Below, piece after piece: positions 1-11,243 of a stretch of DNA of 36,136 nt. Under the pieces are notes generated by a model that searched no databases, was not told where the DNA came from, and saw nothing but the letters and a program-made list of their open reading frames with translations. Origin of the DNA: Octopus sinensis (lineage: Eukaryota). The stretch lies in assembly GCF_006345805.1 (NCBI RefSeq), contig NW_021836876.1, positions 1 to 36,136 of the forward strand. Direction: 5' to 3'. Positions within the stretch are counted from its first letter, which is position 1, and every line of letters starts with the position of its first letter. A program made the position numbers and the translations under genes.

Positions 1-68
1 TCATAATTATGGGTGACAATTTCATATGACACCGCTAGAAAAAACTGCCGTTCAAACCGAATAGATCC
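1..68 (+). mobile_element. Right end of TTAGGG-containing MITE (copy 1, cut by window edge)
   Basis: Near-identical to 7050-7116; ends in TIR aaaactgccgttcaaaccgaatagatcc. Confidence 0.85.
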
Positions 69-524
69 GTTACTTCTTTACAATAAAAAACGTCATCTAT
101 CTAGTTATATTTGTCTATCTATCTATTTATCTACAAATCTAGTACCGACCTGTCTATCACTTTTTCTATTTCGTTCTCTCAAGGCATAATCCACTTCAGT
201 TTCCTCCATTTAATCATTTCAGAAAATACTTGAATGACTATTTTCTTACAGTCATTTTAAAATTAATTTTGTTACCGAACAATGTGCTATAAATGAAGAA
301 TGTGTATAAGAGATCTCACAGACATCCCAACTATGAAAATGCTAAATTCACCAAAAATCTTGTATACATAGACGTTGTTCTATAACCATAATTTCCTGTC
401 CCTGATTTGTTGTGTATATTGATGTGTATAGAAATAAAAACTGTTAAAATCTATCGTGCATTTTGATCTGTGCAATGTTTCTTTATTTCAGTATTATTTT
501 ACCTTCTTTTAACTATTTCTTTAA

Positions 525-745
525 TACTGGCATTCTGCCGGTTACAACGGCTGCCAGCTCGTGAAATTAACGTGCAAGTGGCTGAGCACTCCACAGACAC
601 GTGTATCCTTAACGTAGTTCTCAGGGAGATTCAGCGTGACACAGAATGCAAAGTGGCTGGCCCCTTTGAAATGCAAGTACTACTCGTTTTTACCTGATGA
701 GTGAACTGAAACAAAGTGAGATGAAGTGTCTTGCTCAAGCCACGC
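525..745 (-). mobile_element. SINE family C fragment (body, head missing)
   Basis: Shares gctcgtgaaattaacgtgcaagtggctgagcactccacagacacgtg...cttaacgtagttctc with 7258-7616, 12280-12520 and 13848-14345. Confidence 0.8.
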
Positions 746-779
746 GCTTAACTATTTCTTAAAAATAAATAAATATATT

Positions 780-1172
780 AGGCGCAGGAGTGGCTGTGTG
801 GTAAGTAGCTTGTTTGCCAACGCGCTTGGTTCCGGGTTCAGTCCCACTGCGTGGCACCTTGGGTAAGTGTCTTCTGCTATACCTCGGGCCGACCAAAGCT
901 TTGAGTGGATTGGTAGACGGAAACTGAAAGAGGCCCGTCGTATATATATATATATGCGTGTGTTGTGTTTGTGTGTCTGTGTCTGTCCCCCTAGCATGCT
1001 TGACAACCGATGCTGGTGTGTTTATGTCCCCGTTACTTAGCAGTTCGGCAAAAGAGACCGATATAATAAGTACTGGCTTACAAAAGAATAAGTCCGGGGT
1101 AGAGTTGCTCGATAAAGGCGGTGCTCCAGCATGGCCGCAGTCAAATGACTGAAACAAGTAAAAGAGAGTAAA
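780..1172 (+). mobile_element. SINE family A, full length (tRNA-like head, internal TA/TG microsatellite, tail)
   Basis: A-box-like TGGCTGTGTGG, B-box-like GGTTCAGTCCC, tail ...ccagcatggccgcagtcaaatgactgaaacaagtaaaag; more than 10 copies in window. Confidence 0.9.
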
Positions 1173-1563
1173 GGGTAATATATATGTATATGTATATGTG
1201 TGTGTGTATATGAATGTGTATAAATGTATGCATACACACACACACGAACCCACCCAAAACACACACATACACACACATATACACACACATACACACACAC
1301 AAACACACACACACACACACATATATATATAATAAAGAGTAAAAACATAAATGATTTTTACCAAATGGCCAGCGCTGAAATAAAACCTCATTGGTAAATT
1401 TTATAAATATTTTATAAGTATATACATAATTATAACAAGGGCTTAGCTTGCCCCTTGCCACGCACTGAAAAATAGACGTCGAAAGACCACCATAAATTGT
1501 CCGAGAAAAACACACTACATAATAGGCTAGCAGAAGAAAGAAAATGAATTAAAACTTTGTTTA

Positions 1564-1635
1564 ACCGCGTACATGATCGTGTTTCGGGCTTAAAGTAATA
1601 AAAACTATTACATTGTTGCCTTCATCAGCGTCGGT
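1564..1635 (-). ncRNA. Type I hammerhead ribozyme motif, canonical core
   Basis: Minus strand: accgacg CTGATGA a ggc..gtaata-loop-tattac..gcc c GAAAC acgatcat GTA cgcggt; stem I ccg(a)cg/cgcgg, near-palindromic stem III ACAYGATCATGT. Confidence 0.75.
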
Positions 1636-1703
1636 ATACCTAGGCATATAAATAGGAGTGACCACGGATATGCAAGCGAGCTGCGTCTTCGCTTATCTTA
1701 TAT

Positions 1704-1774
1704 CCGTGGCTTATGAAGGCAAAAAGGTAATGTTTTTTATTACTTTAAGCCCGAAACACGATCATGTACGCGGT
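1704..1774 (+). ncRNA. Degenerate hammerhead motif (core CTTATGA, G5 mutated)
   Basis: Mirror copy of 1564-1635; GAAAC 1753-1757 and GTA 1766-1768 retained. Confidence 0.55.
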
Positions 1775-2000
1775 TAACCAAAGCTTTAATTCGTTTTCTT
1801 TCTTCTATTAGCCTATTATGCTGTGTGTTTTTCTCGGACAATTTATGGTGGTAATAGTGTCTTTCGACGTCTATTTTTCAATGCGTGGTGAGGCGCAAGC
1901 CAAGCCCTTGTTATAGTTATGTATATAATTAGTATATATATATATATTATATAATATATTATACACATGTATGTATGTATGTATGTATGTATGTATGTAC

Positions 2001-2144
2001 GGTAAGAAGCTTGCTTCCCAACCACGTGACTCCGGGTTCTGTCCCACTGCTTGGCACCTTGGGCAAGTGTCTTCTACTATAGCTTTGGGCTGACCACAGC
2101 TTTGTGAGTGGATTTGGTAGACGGAAACTGAAAAGAAGCCCGTC

Positions 2145-2145
<1 letters not shown>
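2001..2145 (+). mobile_element. SINE family A head-only fragment
   Basis: Matches 800-945, ends in (TA)n. Confidence 0.85.
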
Positions 2146-2212
<67 letters not shown>

Positions 2213-2995
2213 ATGAAACAAGTAATGCTTTATTCCGAGCATGAAACAACGCATGAAACTAATGCGAATGATGATAAGAAAAAACATTTACATGTATTGT
2301 TATCACACGGTTTGTAAAAAAGGGAATGTATTCCTTTATCACTCAAGTCTCTTGGGATAGTCCTAAGTGACCTAAAACTATTAACGGTAGCTATCAAATC
2401 GAGCTGATCTGACACGAGAAAAACTAATATTGCTGAAGTAAACTAGCCATCTCTCCGTTGCCATGGATTGGCTTCCGTATGTATAATTACGTTTCACGGG
2501 AAACTACGTGACCAGAGACAACATACACTTAGCTATCTAATTATATTTTAGAATATGCAGATAAAGCAAATATTTGAGATTATCTTGACCGCAAATTATG
2601 TCCGGAGAAAGATGACCAGTCAAATGTTATCATTTTTGGCGACAATTTTGCGTTTCTACACAGACACACAGACTAAAACAAATCATGGTTGTGTTTTGTT
2701 TTCTTTCATATTATGTTTCACCAAATGGGAATTTAAGTGGTGAAACGAGCTACTTATTCACCACCGTCAAATACGATAGCTTAACCTAAACACATTGGTT
2801 AACAAATCAAATCAATGACACAATTTATTTATTATTTTTGGATAATTTGGAAGGTAAGGAAAACACAAAATAATGTTTTGCTAATTTGCTGAAATTCGAA
2901 ATTATATCTTACAAGCGTTAAGCATGACCGTTGATAAGAAGCTAGCTTTGCATCAATGTGGTTTCGGATTTAGTCACCGGCCATAGATAGCCTCA

Positions 2996-3348
2996 CTCTT
3001 CCCACCCAGTGCCTTGTGAGTGGATCTAGTAATTTGGTAGATGGAAACTGTGTAGAAGCCGTCGTATTTATACGTGTGTGTGTGTGCGTGTGTGTGTGTG
3101 TGTGTGTGCGTGTGTGTGTGTGTGTGTGTGTGCGTGTGTGTTTGTGTTTTGCTACCATCGTACCGTACCCTTGACAACCGGAGTTGGTTTGTTTATGTCC
3201 CAGTAACTTAGCGGTTCGACAAAAGTACCGGGCTTTAAAAGAACACAGAAAGAAGTATTAGGATAAATTTGTTCGACCAAAACCTTCTAAGCAGTGCCCC
3301 AGCATGGCCGCAGTTTAATGACTGAAACAAGTTGAAGAAATAAAAGAT
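2996..3348 (+). mobile_element. SINE family A, 5'-truncated
   Basis: gtgagtggat..ggtagatggaaactg, (TG)n, tail ending gactgaaacaag. Confidence 0.8.
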
Positions 3349-3649
3349 TTCAACGCTCGCGCGCACACACACACTTGTTATATACATATTTATATGTACA
3401 CACACACACCCATCCCATATATATGTATGTACACATAAACATAATTGTTGTTAGGAGTATGTAATGTAGATACACACACACACACACACACCTAACAGCA
3501 ATTACGTTTATGCAAATGGAGTTTTAAACGAATTTTAGTTAATAAAGTAGCAAATTTATTTCTCTTTATCTCACCAACCTCCCGACCGCATCACCTCCAC
3601 CTCTCTCACATTCTCTCTCCCTCTTTCTTTCTTTCCCTCTAGTGGTTTA

Positions 3650-3880
3650 TAACTAGAAAACTATTGGTTTAAAATTTTGATACACGGGCAGTAATCTCAG
3701 AAGAGTGGGTGAGTCGATTACATCACCCCAGTGCGCACCTGGTACTCATTTTATCGACTCTGAAAGGAGAAAGACAAAATCGACTCCGGTTGCATTTGTA
3801 CTCAGAATGTAAAGACGGACGAAATGCCGCTAATCATGTTGCTTAGCGTGTTAACGATCCAACCAGTCCAGCCTGTTTAG
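3650..3880 (-). mobile_element. SINE family B, diverged
   Basis: Similar to 15609-15840 (gtcgattacatc..ccagtgc..ctggtact..tttatcgac..gaaagg). Confidence 0.75.
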
Positions 3881-4086
3881 AAACATAGAAATATTGGTTC
3901 AAATTGTGGCACAGGCCAGCAATTTTGTGGGTGGGAATAAGTCGATTACACCGAACACTGCACAAACTGGTATTTTTCTATCCACCCAAGAAGAGTGAAG
4001 GACACACAACACACACATACACACATACACACACACACACACAACACACACACCACACCACACACACACACAACACACACAAATTT

Positions 4087-4129
<43 letters not shown>

Positions 4130-4134
<5 letters not shown>

Positions 4135-4295
4135 GTTGAAATTATAGTAAGACAAAAGACGAAGACAGGTGTGTGAACAGCAAGCAGGTGTTTTAGTTTG
4201 ACCCTCGGGTAAATGAAAATGTCTTTACATTTCCAGACTACGCTCCACAACAGTAAGGAATAAAAGAAAATAAGCTGAGAAAGAATGAATATACA
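4130..4295 (-). mobile_element. Solo PLE pLTR-like repeat with decayed hammerhead (4222-4257)
   Basis: Homologous to 27830-27970 (agacaaaagacgaag.cagg...gtcttta.c.tttc.ag.ctacgctc..caacag); abuts (TA)n. Confidence 0.65.
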
Positions 4296-4640
4296 TATAT
4301 CAGTTGAATAAAGTTACAATAGGTCAGTTCTGCCTTATATAAGTTAAATGCAACATGCACTCTTACACACATTTCTGTATACACACGTGTATGTATATAT
4401 ACATACATATATGTATATATATGTATGTTTTATATTTCAGTATGTATAGGAGCATGTATGTATACATACATTAAAATAGTATAGTCTATATAGAATAGTG
4501 TATATAGAAGTGCATGGAGGAGTGCATGTATGTATCTATTTAAAATACAAGAATATAAAACGTGAAAACCAGACCATGTTGTAACTTTATTCAACTGATA
4601 TACTTACCATTCTATACACATTTGCACAAATTCGAATATA

Positions 4641-4872
4641 TATATATATTACGGAGATGTACTTGCATAGCGATTGACTTGATCTGAGATCTTGTGCTGG
4701 AACGAAAACAATTGCAGCGTGGAAGGTGTTTATAAGCCATTTAAGAAACACACAAAACCGTTAGATTCACTTCAACATTTAAATGTAATTTGTCAAATAT
4801 TTTCGTCGCTTTGTGACCGTGACCTGTTCACTGTCAAAACTTCGTGCTGCATCTATGCACCTTCCACGCTGC

Positions 4873-4876
<4 letters not shown>
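4641..4876 (-). mobile_element. Unit U4: TA-flanked pLTR-like repeat with short inverted tail and HHR-like fold
   Basis: 17-bp perfect inverted repeat 4712-4728 / 4858-4874; minus strand has gtc..gac GAAAATATTT and tttg/caaa stems but a non-canonical core. Confidence 0.45.
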
Positions 4877-4919
<43 letters not shown>

Positions 4920-4992
4920 ATATATATAGAGAGAGAGAGAGAGAGGATGGAGAGAGAGAGAGAGAGAGTGTTTAAAGTACTGTTTGAAGTAG

Positions 4993-5030
<38 letters not shown>

Positions 5031-5039
5031 TATATATAT

Positions 5040-5215
5040 ATATTTATTCATATATTCCCCTCTGCTTATTTCTGTGTTCCTTTCTGTGAAGAAGCGTAGG
5101 ATCGAAACGTAAAAAATTTCACTTCCCGAGCGTATTAGTTTAACTAATACATTTGTTTGTTGTTTACACACACGTCTTGTCTTGTTTTGTTTTGTTTTGC
5201 AAATTCCAACTATGT
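5040..5215 (+). mobile_element. Solo PLE pLTR-like repeat with decayed hammerhead (5079-5116)
   Basis: ctttCTGTGAAGAAGCGTAGGATCGAAACGTaaaa resembles reverse complement of 27931-27968; microsatellites on both sides. Confidence 0.65.
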
Positions 5216-5250
<35 letters not shown>

Positions 5251-5384
5251 CATACATACATACATACATACATACATACATACATACATACATACATACA
5301 TACATACATACATGCACACACACACACATTTCAGCGAAACAAAGTATTACTTAGTACGAACGTGAAACAACGGATCATAATGGC

Positions 5385-5525
5385 TTCAAATTTTGGCACA
5401 AGTCCAGTAATTTTGGAGGCGAACTAAGTCAATAACATCGATCCCAGCCCTAAAATGGTCCTTATTTTATCGATCAGAGAGGGTAAGAGACAAAGTTGAG
5501 CTCAGCGGAATTTGAAGTCAGAACC
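5385..5525 (-). mobile_element. SINE family B fragment
   Basis: ttattttatcgatc..aaagttgagctcagcggaatttgaagtcagaac. Confidence 0.7.
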
Positions 5526-5650
5526 GAAACTGTATACTTCTTCTGTGCGTGGCGAATATGTCCTGGGTTGTCTTGCCTCTATCAATAAAGCTTTGTAATC
5601 ATTGTTTCTTACAATTTTGTACAGCTTCAGGCTTTTACAAGAACTGCGTG

Positions 5651-5886
5651 CAGTAATCCCTCAATTATCGCGGGTGTTACGTTCCTAAACATCCCGCAAT
5701 ATGTGAAAATCTGCAAAGCAGGAAACAGTACTATACGGTATATGTCTTTTATTATTTTTATAGTTTGTATATATTTATTTTAATGTAAATACAAACAGCA
5801 CCACAGAGGAATCGACGTAAGCTTAAATAATAAACCGCGATAGGCGAACCGTGATAGGTGAACCGCGATATGGCGAGGGATTACCA
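5651..5886. mobile_element. Tigger/pogo-like MITE (Tc1-mariner superfamily)
   Basis: TIRs CAGTAATCCCTC / GAGGGATTACCA, TA after right end (TG at left), repeated subterminal aaccgcgata motifs. Confidence 0.75.
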
Positions 5887-5944
5887 TATAAACGAAGATG
5901 CGAATCAAATATCTTTCCCCGGAGCCATTAGAAAAGTATTGATT

Positions 5945-6150
5945 TCTAACATCGGCACAAGGCTGCACGCTGATCTTGGAATAAGGAACAGGCGAATATT
6001 GATTGATACTTACTTTTATCGATCCCAGAAAGATGAAAGCCAAATTCGACCTTCGCAGGATTTGAACCTACAATATAAATGTAATGAATATTGCGAAGCA
6101 TTTTTTTTTTCTGTCGTCCTAACGGTCGCTCTAACGGTTCTGCTGGTGTA
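5945..6150 (-). mobile_element. SINE family B, diverged
   Basis: tttatcgatcccagaaagatgaaagccaaattcgacc..ggatttgaacc. Confidence 0.7.
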
Positions 6151-6691
6151 ACTAAAAGATAAAATTTAAATTCTGATCATTTCTAATCTGAAGAATTATG
6201 TCAATGTCTATCGCCCTTTGATGTCAGCCAAAGTAACGTCATCACATCATCCAACAGGGCAATGCCTTCATAGCCTCTACACTTTAAAACTAAGATTTGC
6301 ATGGCGTAAAACCAGAAATATTCTTATCGAGATTAACCCATGACAACATATTCCATCTTTAACATAGCTCCAGAATTACACACTTGTTGACCGTCCTCAA
6401 TTTTTTTCTTTTTCTTAAGTCAAAGTTCATGAAATTTGCTTGCATTCTGCAAATGTTTATTCAGGTTTAACATCAAAATAGAGAGAGAGAGATTAGTGAA
6501 ATGTATAATTTTTTGTTTTGTTTTTATTTTCTTGTTTGTTTACTTTAGCAATTGTAGCATCACACTGATAAGAAGGTTTCTACGTGGTCAACCGATATGC
6601 TAAAAATAATAGCTAAATCTCTTTCGGGTCAAACCTTGCGTCTTAAAAATTGAAAGGACCCAAAACCAAAGAGGAATTTTCTATAAATCTC

Positions 6692-7116
6692 GAATCTTTT
6701 CTGTTTGAACGGCAGTTTTTAACAATTTCTAGGTAACTAAAAAAATTTAAACTTCGTATACTGGTAGAATGTGTTTATAAAACATCTTTTTCTCTTGGCT
6801 TTATTGAAAAAATTCTATAGTTTGTAAGATATTTGTTGTTGTTTTTTTCTTCAATTTCTGCAATTTCAACCAATCAAATACGTCTATTGAGGTAAAAAAC
6901 ATTCTGTGCCGTATGAATATGTCCCTCGTTTAAGAAACAGATTGGGTTTATTTTTACATTTGTGAAGAAAAAAAGATACCTTTCCACCCACCCCTAACCC
7001 TAACTCTAACCCAAAAACAGATTGAAATGCAATAGATCGATTCTAGGGTCATAATTATGGGTAACAATTTCATATGACACCGCTAGAAAAAACTGCCATT
7101 CAAACCGAAAATATCC
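6692..7116 (+). mobile_element. MITE with about 28-bp TIRs, 8-bp TSD and internal (TAACCC)n (copy 2)
   Basis: TIR gaatcttttctgtttgaacggcagtttt / aaaactgccattcaaaccgaaaatatcc; TSD TAAATCTC at 6684-6691 and 7117-7124. Confidence 0.9.
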
Positions 7117-7257
7117 TAAATCTCTCATTTTCATAACTTATCACCTTAAAAAAGGAATGCCAAGTCTAGAAAAAAAATCGGATGGTCATTGCTGGAACAT
7201 TTTTCCTGGTCTGTTTTACATAGGCTAAATAAAAATTAGTCGACTAATTGGACAATG

Positions 7258-7616
7258 GAATGGAAGCACTCCGTCGGTTACGACGACGAGGGTTCCGGTT
7301 GATCCGAATCAACGGAACAGCCTGCTCGTGAAATTAACGTGCACCCTTAACGTAGTTCTCGGGGATATTCAGCGTGACACAGAGAGTGACAAGGCCGGCC
7401 CTTTGAAATACAGGTACAACAGAAACAGGAAGTAAGAGTGAGAGAAAGTTGTGGTGAAAGAGTACAGCAGGGATCACCACCATCCTCTGCCGGAGACTCG
7501 TGGAGCTTTAGGCGTTTCCGCTCAATAAACACTCACAACGCCCGGTCTGGGAATCGAAACCGCGATCCTATGACCGTGAGTCCGCTGCCCTAACCACTGG
7601 GCCATTGCGCCTCCAC
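7258..7616 (-). mobile_element. SINE family C, full length
   Basis: tRNA-like head tggaggcgcaatggcccagtggttagg..ggtttcgattccc; (TTCCA) tail; 12-bp TSD AATTGGACAATG at 7246-7257 and 7617-7628. Confidence 0.92.
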
Positions 7617-7831
7617 AATTGGACAATGACCCTTCTATACAAAAAGAGAAATGTTACGAATAGTAGTGTCGTTAGAGCAGTACTTTGCATACGTTGCTTT
7701 ATTCGTTCTCAATCACTGCGCTTTAAGTTCGAATCACCACCGAAGTCAGCTTCGCGTTTTATCCTCGGTTGCAGTCATTTATTCTTCTCTTTGTAGGTTG
7801 TTTCTGCAATTCGTAAATTCATGCTTGCCTT

Positions 7832-8040
7832 TATCTTTTACTTGTTTCAGTCATCGGGCTGCGGCCATGCTGGGGCACCACTTAGAAGAATTTTAGTCGA
7901 AAGAATCCCCCCCCCCCAGTGCTTACATTGTTTTAAAACCTGGTTCTTATTCTATCGCAGTCGCTTTTGCCGAACCGCTATGTTATGTAGATGTGAACAC
8001 ACCAGTACCGTTTTCAAGCAGTGTTGGAGGACCAACACAA
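7832..8040 (-). mobile_element. SINE family A tail half (split from head at 8545-8693)
   Basis: Reverse complement of family A tail. Confidence 0.85.
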
Positions 8041-8074
8041 ACATACACACACACACACATACATAATACATGCA

Positions 8075-8490
8075 CAGGTGTAGTAGTGGGTTTGTGGTAA
8101 GTAGCTTGGCTTACGAACCACATTGTTCCGGGTTCAATTCCACTGCGTGGCATCTTGGACTTGTGTCTTCTACTATAGCCTCGGGCCGACCAAAGTCTTG
8201 TGAGTGGATTTGGTAGATGGAAACTGAAAGTAACCCGTCGTATGTATCTATATATATGTGTGTGTTTGTGTGTCCTCCCCCCCCAACATCGCTTGACAAC
8301 CGATGCTGGTGTGTTTACGTTCCCGTAACTTAGCAGTTCGGCAAAAGAGACCGAGAGAATAAATACTAAGCATTACAAAGAATAAGTCCTAGGGTCGATT
8401 TGCTCGACTAAAGGTGATGCTCCAGAATGGCCACAGCGACATGACTGAAACAAGTAAAAAAAGTAAAAGAGTAAAGAGAAAAGAGTATAC
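8075..8490 (+). mobile_element. SINE family A, full length, nested inside a minus-strand family A copy
   Basis: Head, microsatellite and tail present; candidate 9-bp TSD atacatgca at 8066-8074 and 8491-8499. Confidence 0.88.
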
Positions 8491-8497
8491 ATACATG

Positions 8498-8540
<43 letters not shown>

Positions 8541-8544
8541 GCAA

Positions 8545-8693
8545 TAGGTTTCTTTCAGTTTCTATCTACCAAATCCACTCACAAGGATATGGTCGGCCAT
8601 GATTATAGTAGAAGACATTTGCCTAAGTGGGACTAAACCCGGAATTTTGTGGTTGGGAAAGAAAGTTTTTACTACACAGCCGCGCCAGCGCCT
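8545..8693 (-). mobile_element. SINE family A head half
   Basis: Reverse complement of family A head with a small internal deletion. Confidence 0.85.
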
Positions 8694-9016
8694 GCTCCGC
8701 TTCTCACATAGTTTCACATTAATGTTGCCTGAAAATTGCATTGCCACTCAATAATTTGATGTGGAGCGATTCTATTGATGAAACATCTTACTCCTCATCA
8801 TCGAAACTAGTAGTAAATCCACAGCTGTACAAATAAAGAGGCTGGTTATGAATAGAGCATCCTTGATCAGAGATCTGCTGGATGACGCCTAGCCTGAAGC
8901 TAAACAACAATAAGCAAGATGGCGTTTTAAATATTTTGAATATGGGCATAGAGCCATAGCTTATTGGTTAAAATGATACTAAATTCAGAGAACATTGAAG
9001 AAACGTTAAATCCCCA

Positions 9017-9457
9017 GGATCTTTTCTGTTTGAACGGCAGTTTTTTTCTAGCGGTGTCATATGAAATTGTCACCCATGATTATGACCCTAGTATCGATCT
9101 ATTGCATTTCAATCTGTTTTAGGGTTAGGGTTAGTTAGGGTTAGGGTTAGGGTTAGGGGTGGGAGGAAGGGTATCTTTTTTTCTTCACAAATGTAAATAA
9201 ACCAATTCTGTTTCTTAAACGAGGGACATATTCATACGGCACAAAATGATTTTTACCTCAGTAGACGTCAGTGATTAGTTGAAATTGCAGAAATTGAAGA
9301 AAAAAAAGCAACAAATATCTTACAAACTATAGAATTTTCTCAATAAAGCCAAGAGAAAAAGATGTTTTATAAACACATTCTACCAGTATACGAAGTTTAA
9401 AATTTTTTACTTGCCTGGAAATTATGTTAAAAAATGCCGTTCAAACCGAAAAGATCC
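9017..9457 (-). mobile_element. TTAGGG-containing MITE (copy 3, inverted relative to copy 2)
   Basis: TIRs GGATCTTTTCTGTTTGAACGGCA / TGCCGTTCAAACCGAAAAGATCC; TSD AATCCCCA (9009-9016) vs AATCTCCA (9458-9465), 7/8 match. Confidence 0.9.
9121..9163 (+). repeat. Interstitial (TTAGGG)n tract inside MITE; G-quadruplex potential
   Basis: agggttagggttagttagggttagggttagggttaggggtggg. Confidence 0.9.
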
Positions 9458-9600
9458 AATCTCCATTTGCTCTGGATAGTTTTATTCTGGTTCAATTATG
9501 TTTTTGAAAGTTTAAAGTTAGTATTATTACACCCAGTCCGGCACCACAATAGCGGTTTCCGCCAGTACCCTGAGTAATTTCATGTTTTCTTCTTGGGAAG

Positions 9601-9828
9601 TTTCTTTCTTTTCTTTTCTTTTCTTTTACTTGTTTCAGTCATTTTGACTGCGGCCATGCTGGAGCACCGCCTTTGGTTTGAGCAAATCGACCCCGAGACT
9701 TATTCTTTTGTAAGCCCAGTACTTATTCTATCGGTATCTTTTTGCCGAACCGCTAAGTGACGGGGACGTAAACACACCAGCATCGGTTGTCAAGCAGTGA
9801 TGGGGGGACAAACACAGACACACAAACG

Positions 9829-9864
<36 letters not shown>

Positions 9865-10026
9865 CGACAGACTTCTTTCAGTTTCCGTCTACCAAATCCA
9901 CTCACAAGGCATTGGTCAGCCCGAGGCTATAGCAGAAGACACTTGCCCAAGATGCCACGCAGTGGGACTGGACCCAGAACCATGTGGTTGGTTAGCAAGC
10001 TACTTACCACGCAGCCACTCCTGCGT
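9601..10026 (-). mobile_element. SINE family A, full length, well conserved
   Basis: Reverse complement of 780-1172 with (CTTTT)n tail. Confidence 0.9.
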
Positions 10027-10924
10027 TGAATATTTTGCATTTTTTTTTTTTTGCCATAACTTCAAAAAGTAGAAGGACCGTAATATACTTTCAAGAAACG
10101 GAATTACAAAAGCAACGCTGTCTCTTGGCTTAATATATTTCCACAATGCACAATTGCACTGAGCAGAGGTTTATGAAATTGGGCGTGTTAAGAGATCTAA
10201 ATAATATACAGAGATAATTAAGAGCGTGAGATATATAGCGTGAATTTCTTATGGCTTCCTAAGGCTGGTCTTAGTATAAAATATCATTTCTTTCAACAAA
10301 TTTTAACAAGATATAAATTCACTATCGTAATCCAAATATGGTGGAAACTGACTTTAATAGTATAATAATTTAAATGTGAAAATAGTTCACGATGAGAAGT
10401 CAACGCTTTGTTTGTTTGTTTTCCTGTGGGAGGTGCCCAGAAGAAATACAAAGTATTCTGTTGTTTTAACTTCCTTAGTCGACAAGCAGCGATAAGATAA
10501 TATAGTTATCAGACAAAATTCAAGGGTGGTGACGAACTGATATGATCTGTAACAGCAGGGTTTTGTTTTCTGTGTGGTACAGGAGGGTTAGAAGTAAAAG
10601 GAAGTTAGTGTATCTATGATATTTGGCAACGAGTTACAAAACAAATGAGCATTCAAAAACGTACAGCCAAAGTAACTAGCATTAAATTAAGCATGAATAA
10701 GAAATAACACTTGTTACCTGTAAATTATGTTTTATAAAATGGCAAAAAATAACAGCAATAATATTTCTAATAAATCAAAGCAATATTGATTACCGCTACG
10801 ATCAATGGGCTCATATTGCAAGCATTTAGGCTAATCGATATGACAAATATTTCTAACGGTTACATTTTTTCGCAGTCGCCTGAAATTCACTATGATAGCC
10901 TTTTATGTTGAAGGAATCGTAGGA

Positions 10925-11068
10925 TTCCTCATTTTTGCCAGCTGAGTGACCTGGAGCATAGTGAACTCAAGTGTTTTGCTCAAGAATACCACGCATCACC
11001 GGTCCAGAAATCGAAACCATTATCTTATGATTATGAGTGCAGTACGCAAACCACTAAGCAACGCACCT
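10925..11068 (-). mobile_element. SINE family C-type head fragment
   Basis: aagtgttttgctcaag..gaaatcgaaacc..aaccactaagc, similar to 12420-12520. Confidence 0.65.
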
Positions 11069-11196
11069 ACACATCCGCACGCACACACGCAGACACACAG
11101 AGATATGTGTATGTGTGTGTCTGTGTAGTTGAAATTTACAGAAAAACAAAAACAGAGACAGGTGTATAAACAAGAAGCAGGTATATTTGTTATATA

Positions 11197-11229
<33 letters not shown>

Positions 11230-11243
11230 GTATCTCACAGAAG

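Larger units (their letters stand above)
1331..1927. mobile_element. Foldback unit U1: inverted PLE pLTR-like repeats (arms about 1419-1625 and 1713-1927) with hammerhead motifs
   Basis: About 205-bp arms are reverse complements with a few substitutions and an 8-nt indel; outer ends abut TA-rich microsatellite. Confidence 0.8.

Noticed and set aside
694-716. CTGATGA...GAAAC inside a SINE C fragment
   Set aside because: No stem II pairing, the triplet would be GTG (non-cleavable), and other SINE C copies lack the motif.
780-860. tRNA-like A/B boxes at SINE heads
   Set aside because: No complete cloverleaf, and each is followed by SINE body; these are not tRNA genes.
9121-9163. TTAGGG tract as a chromosome end or fusion scar
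   Set aside because: Short and internal to a MITE with TIRs and TSD.
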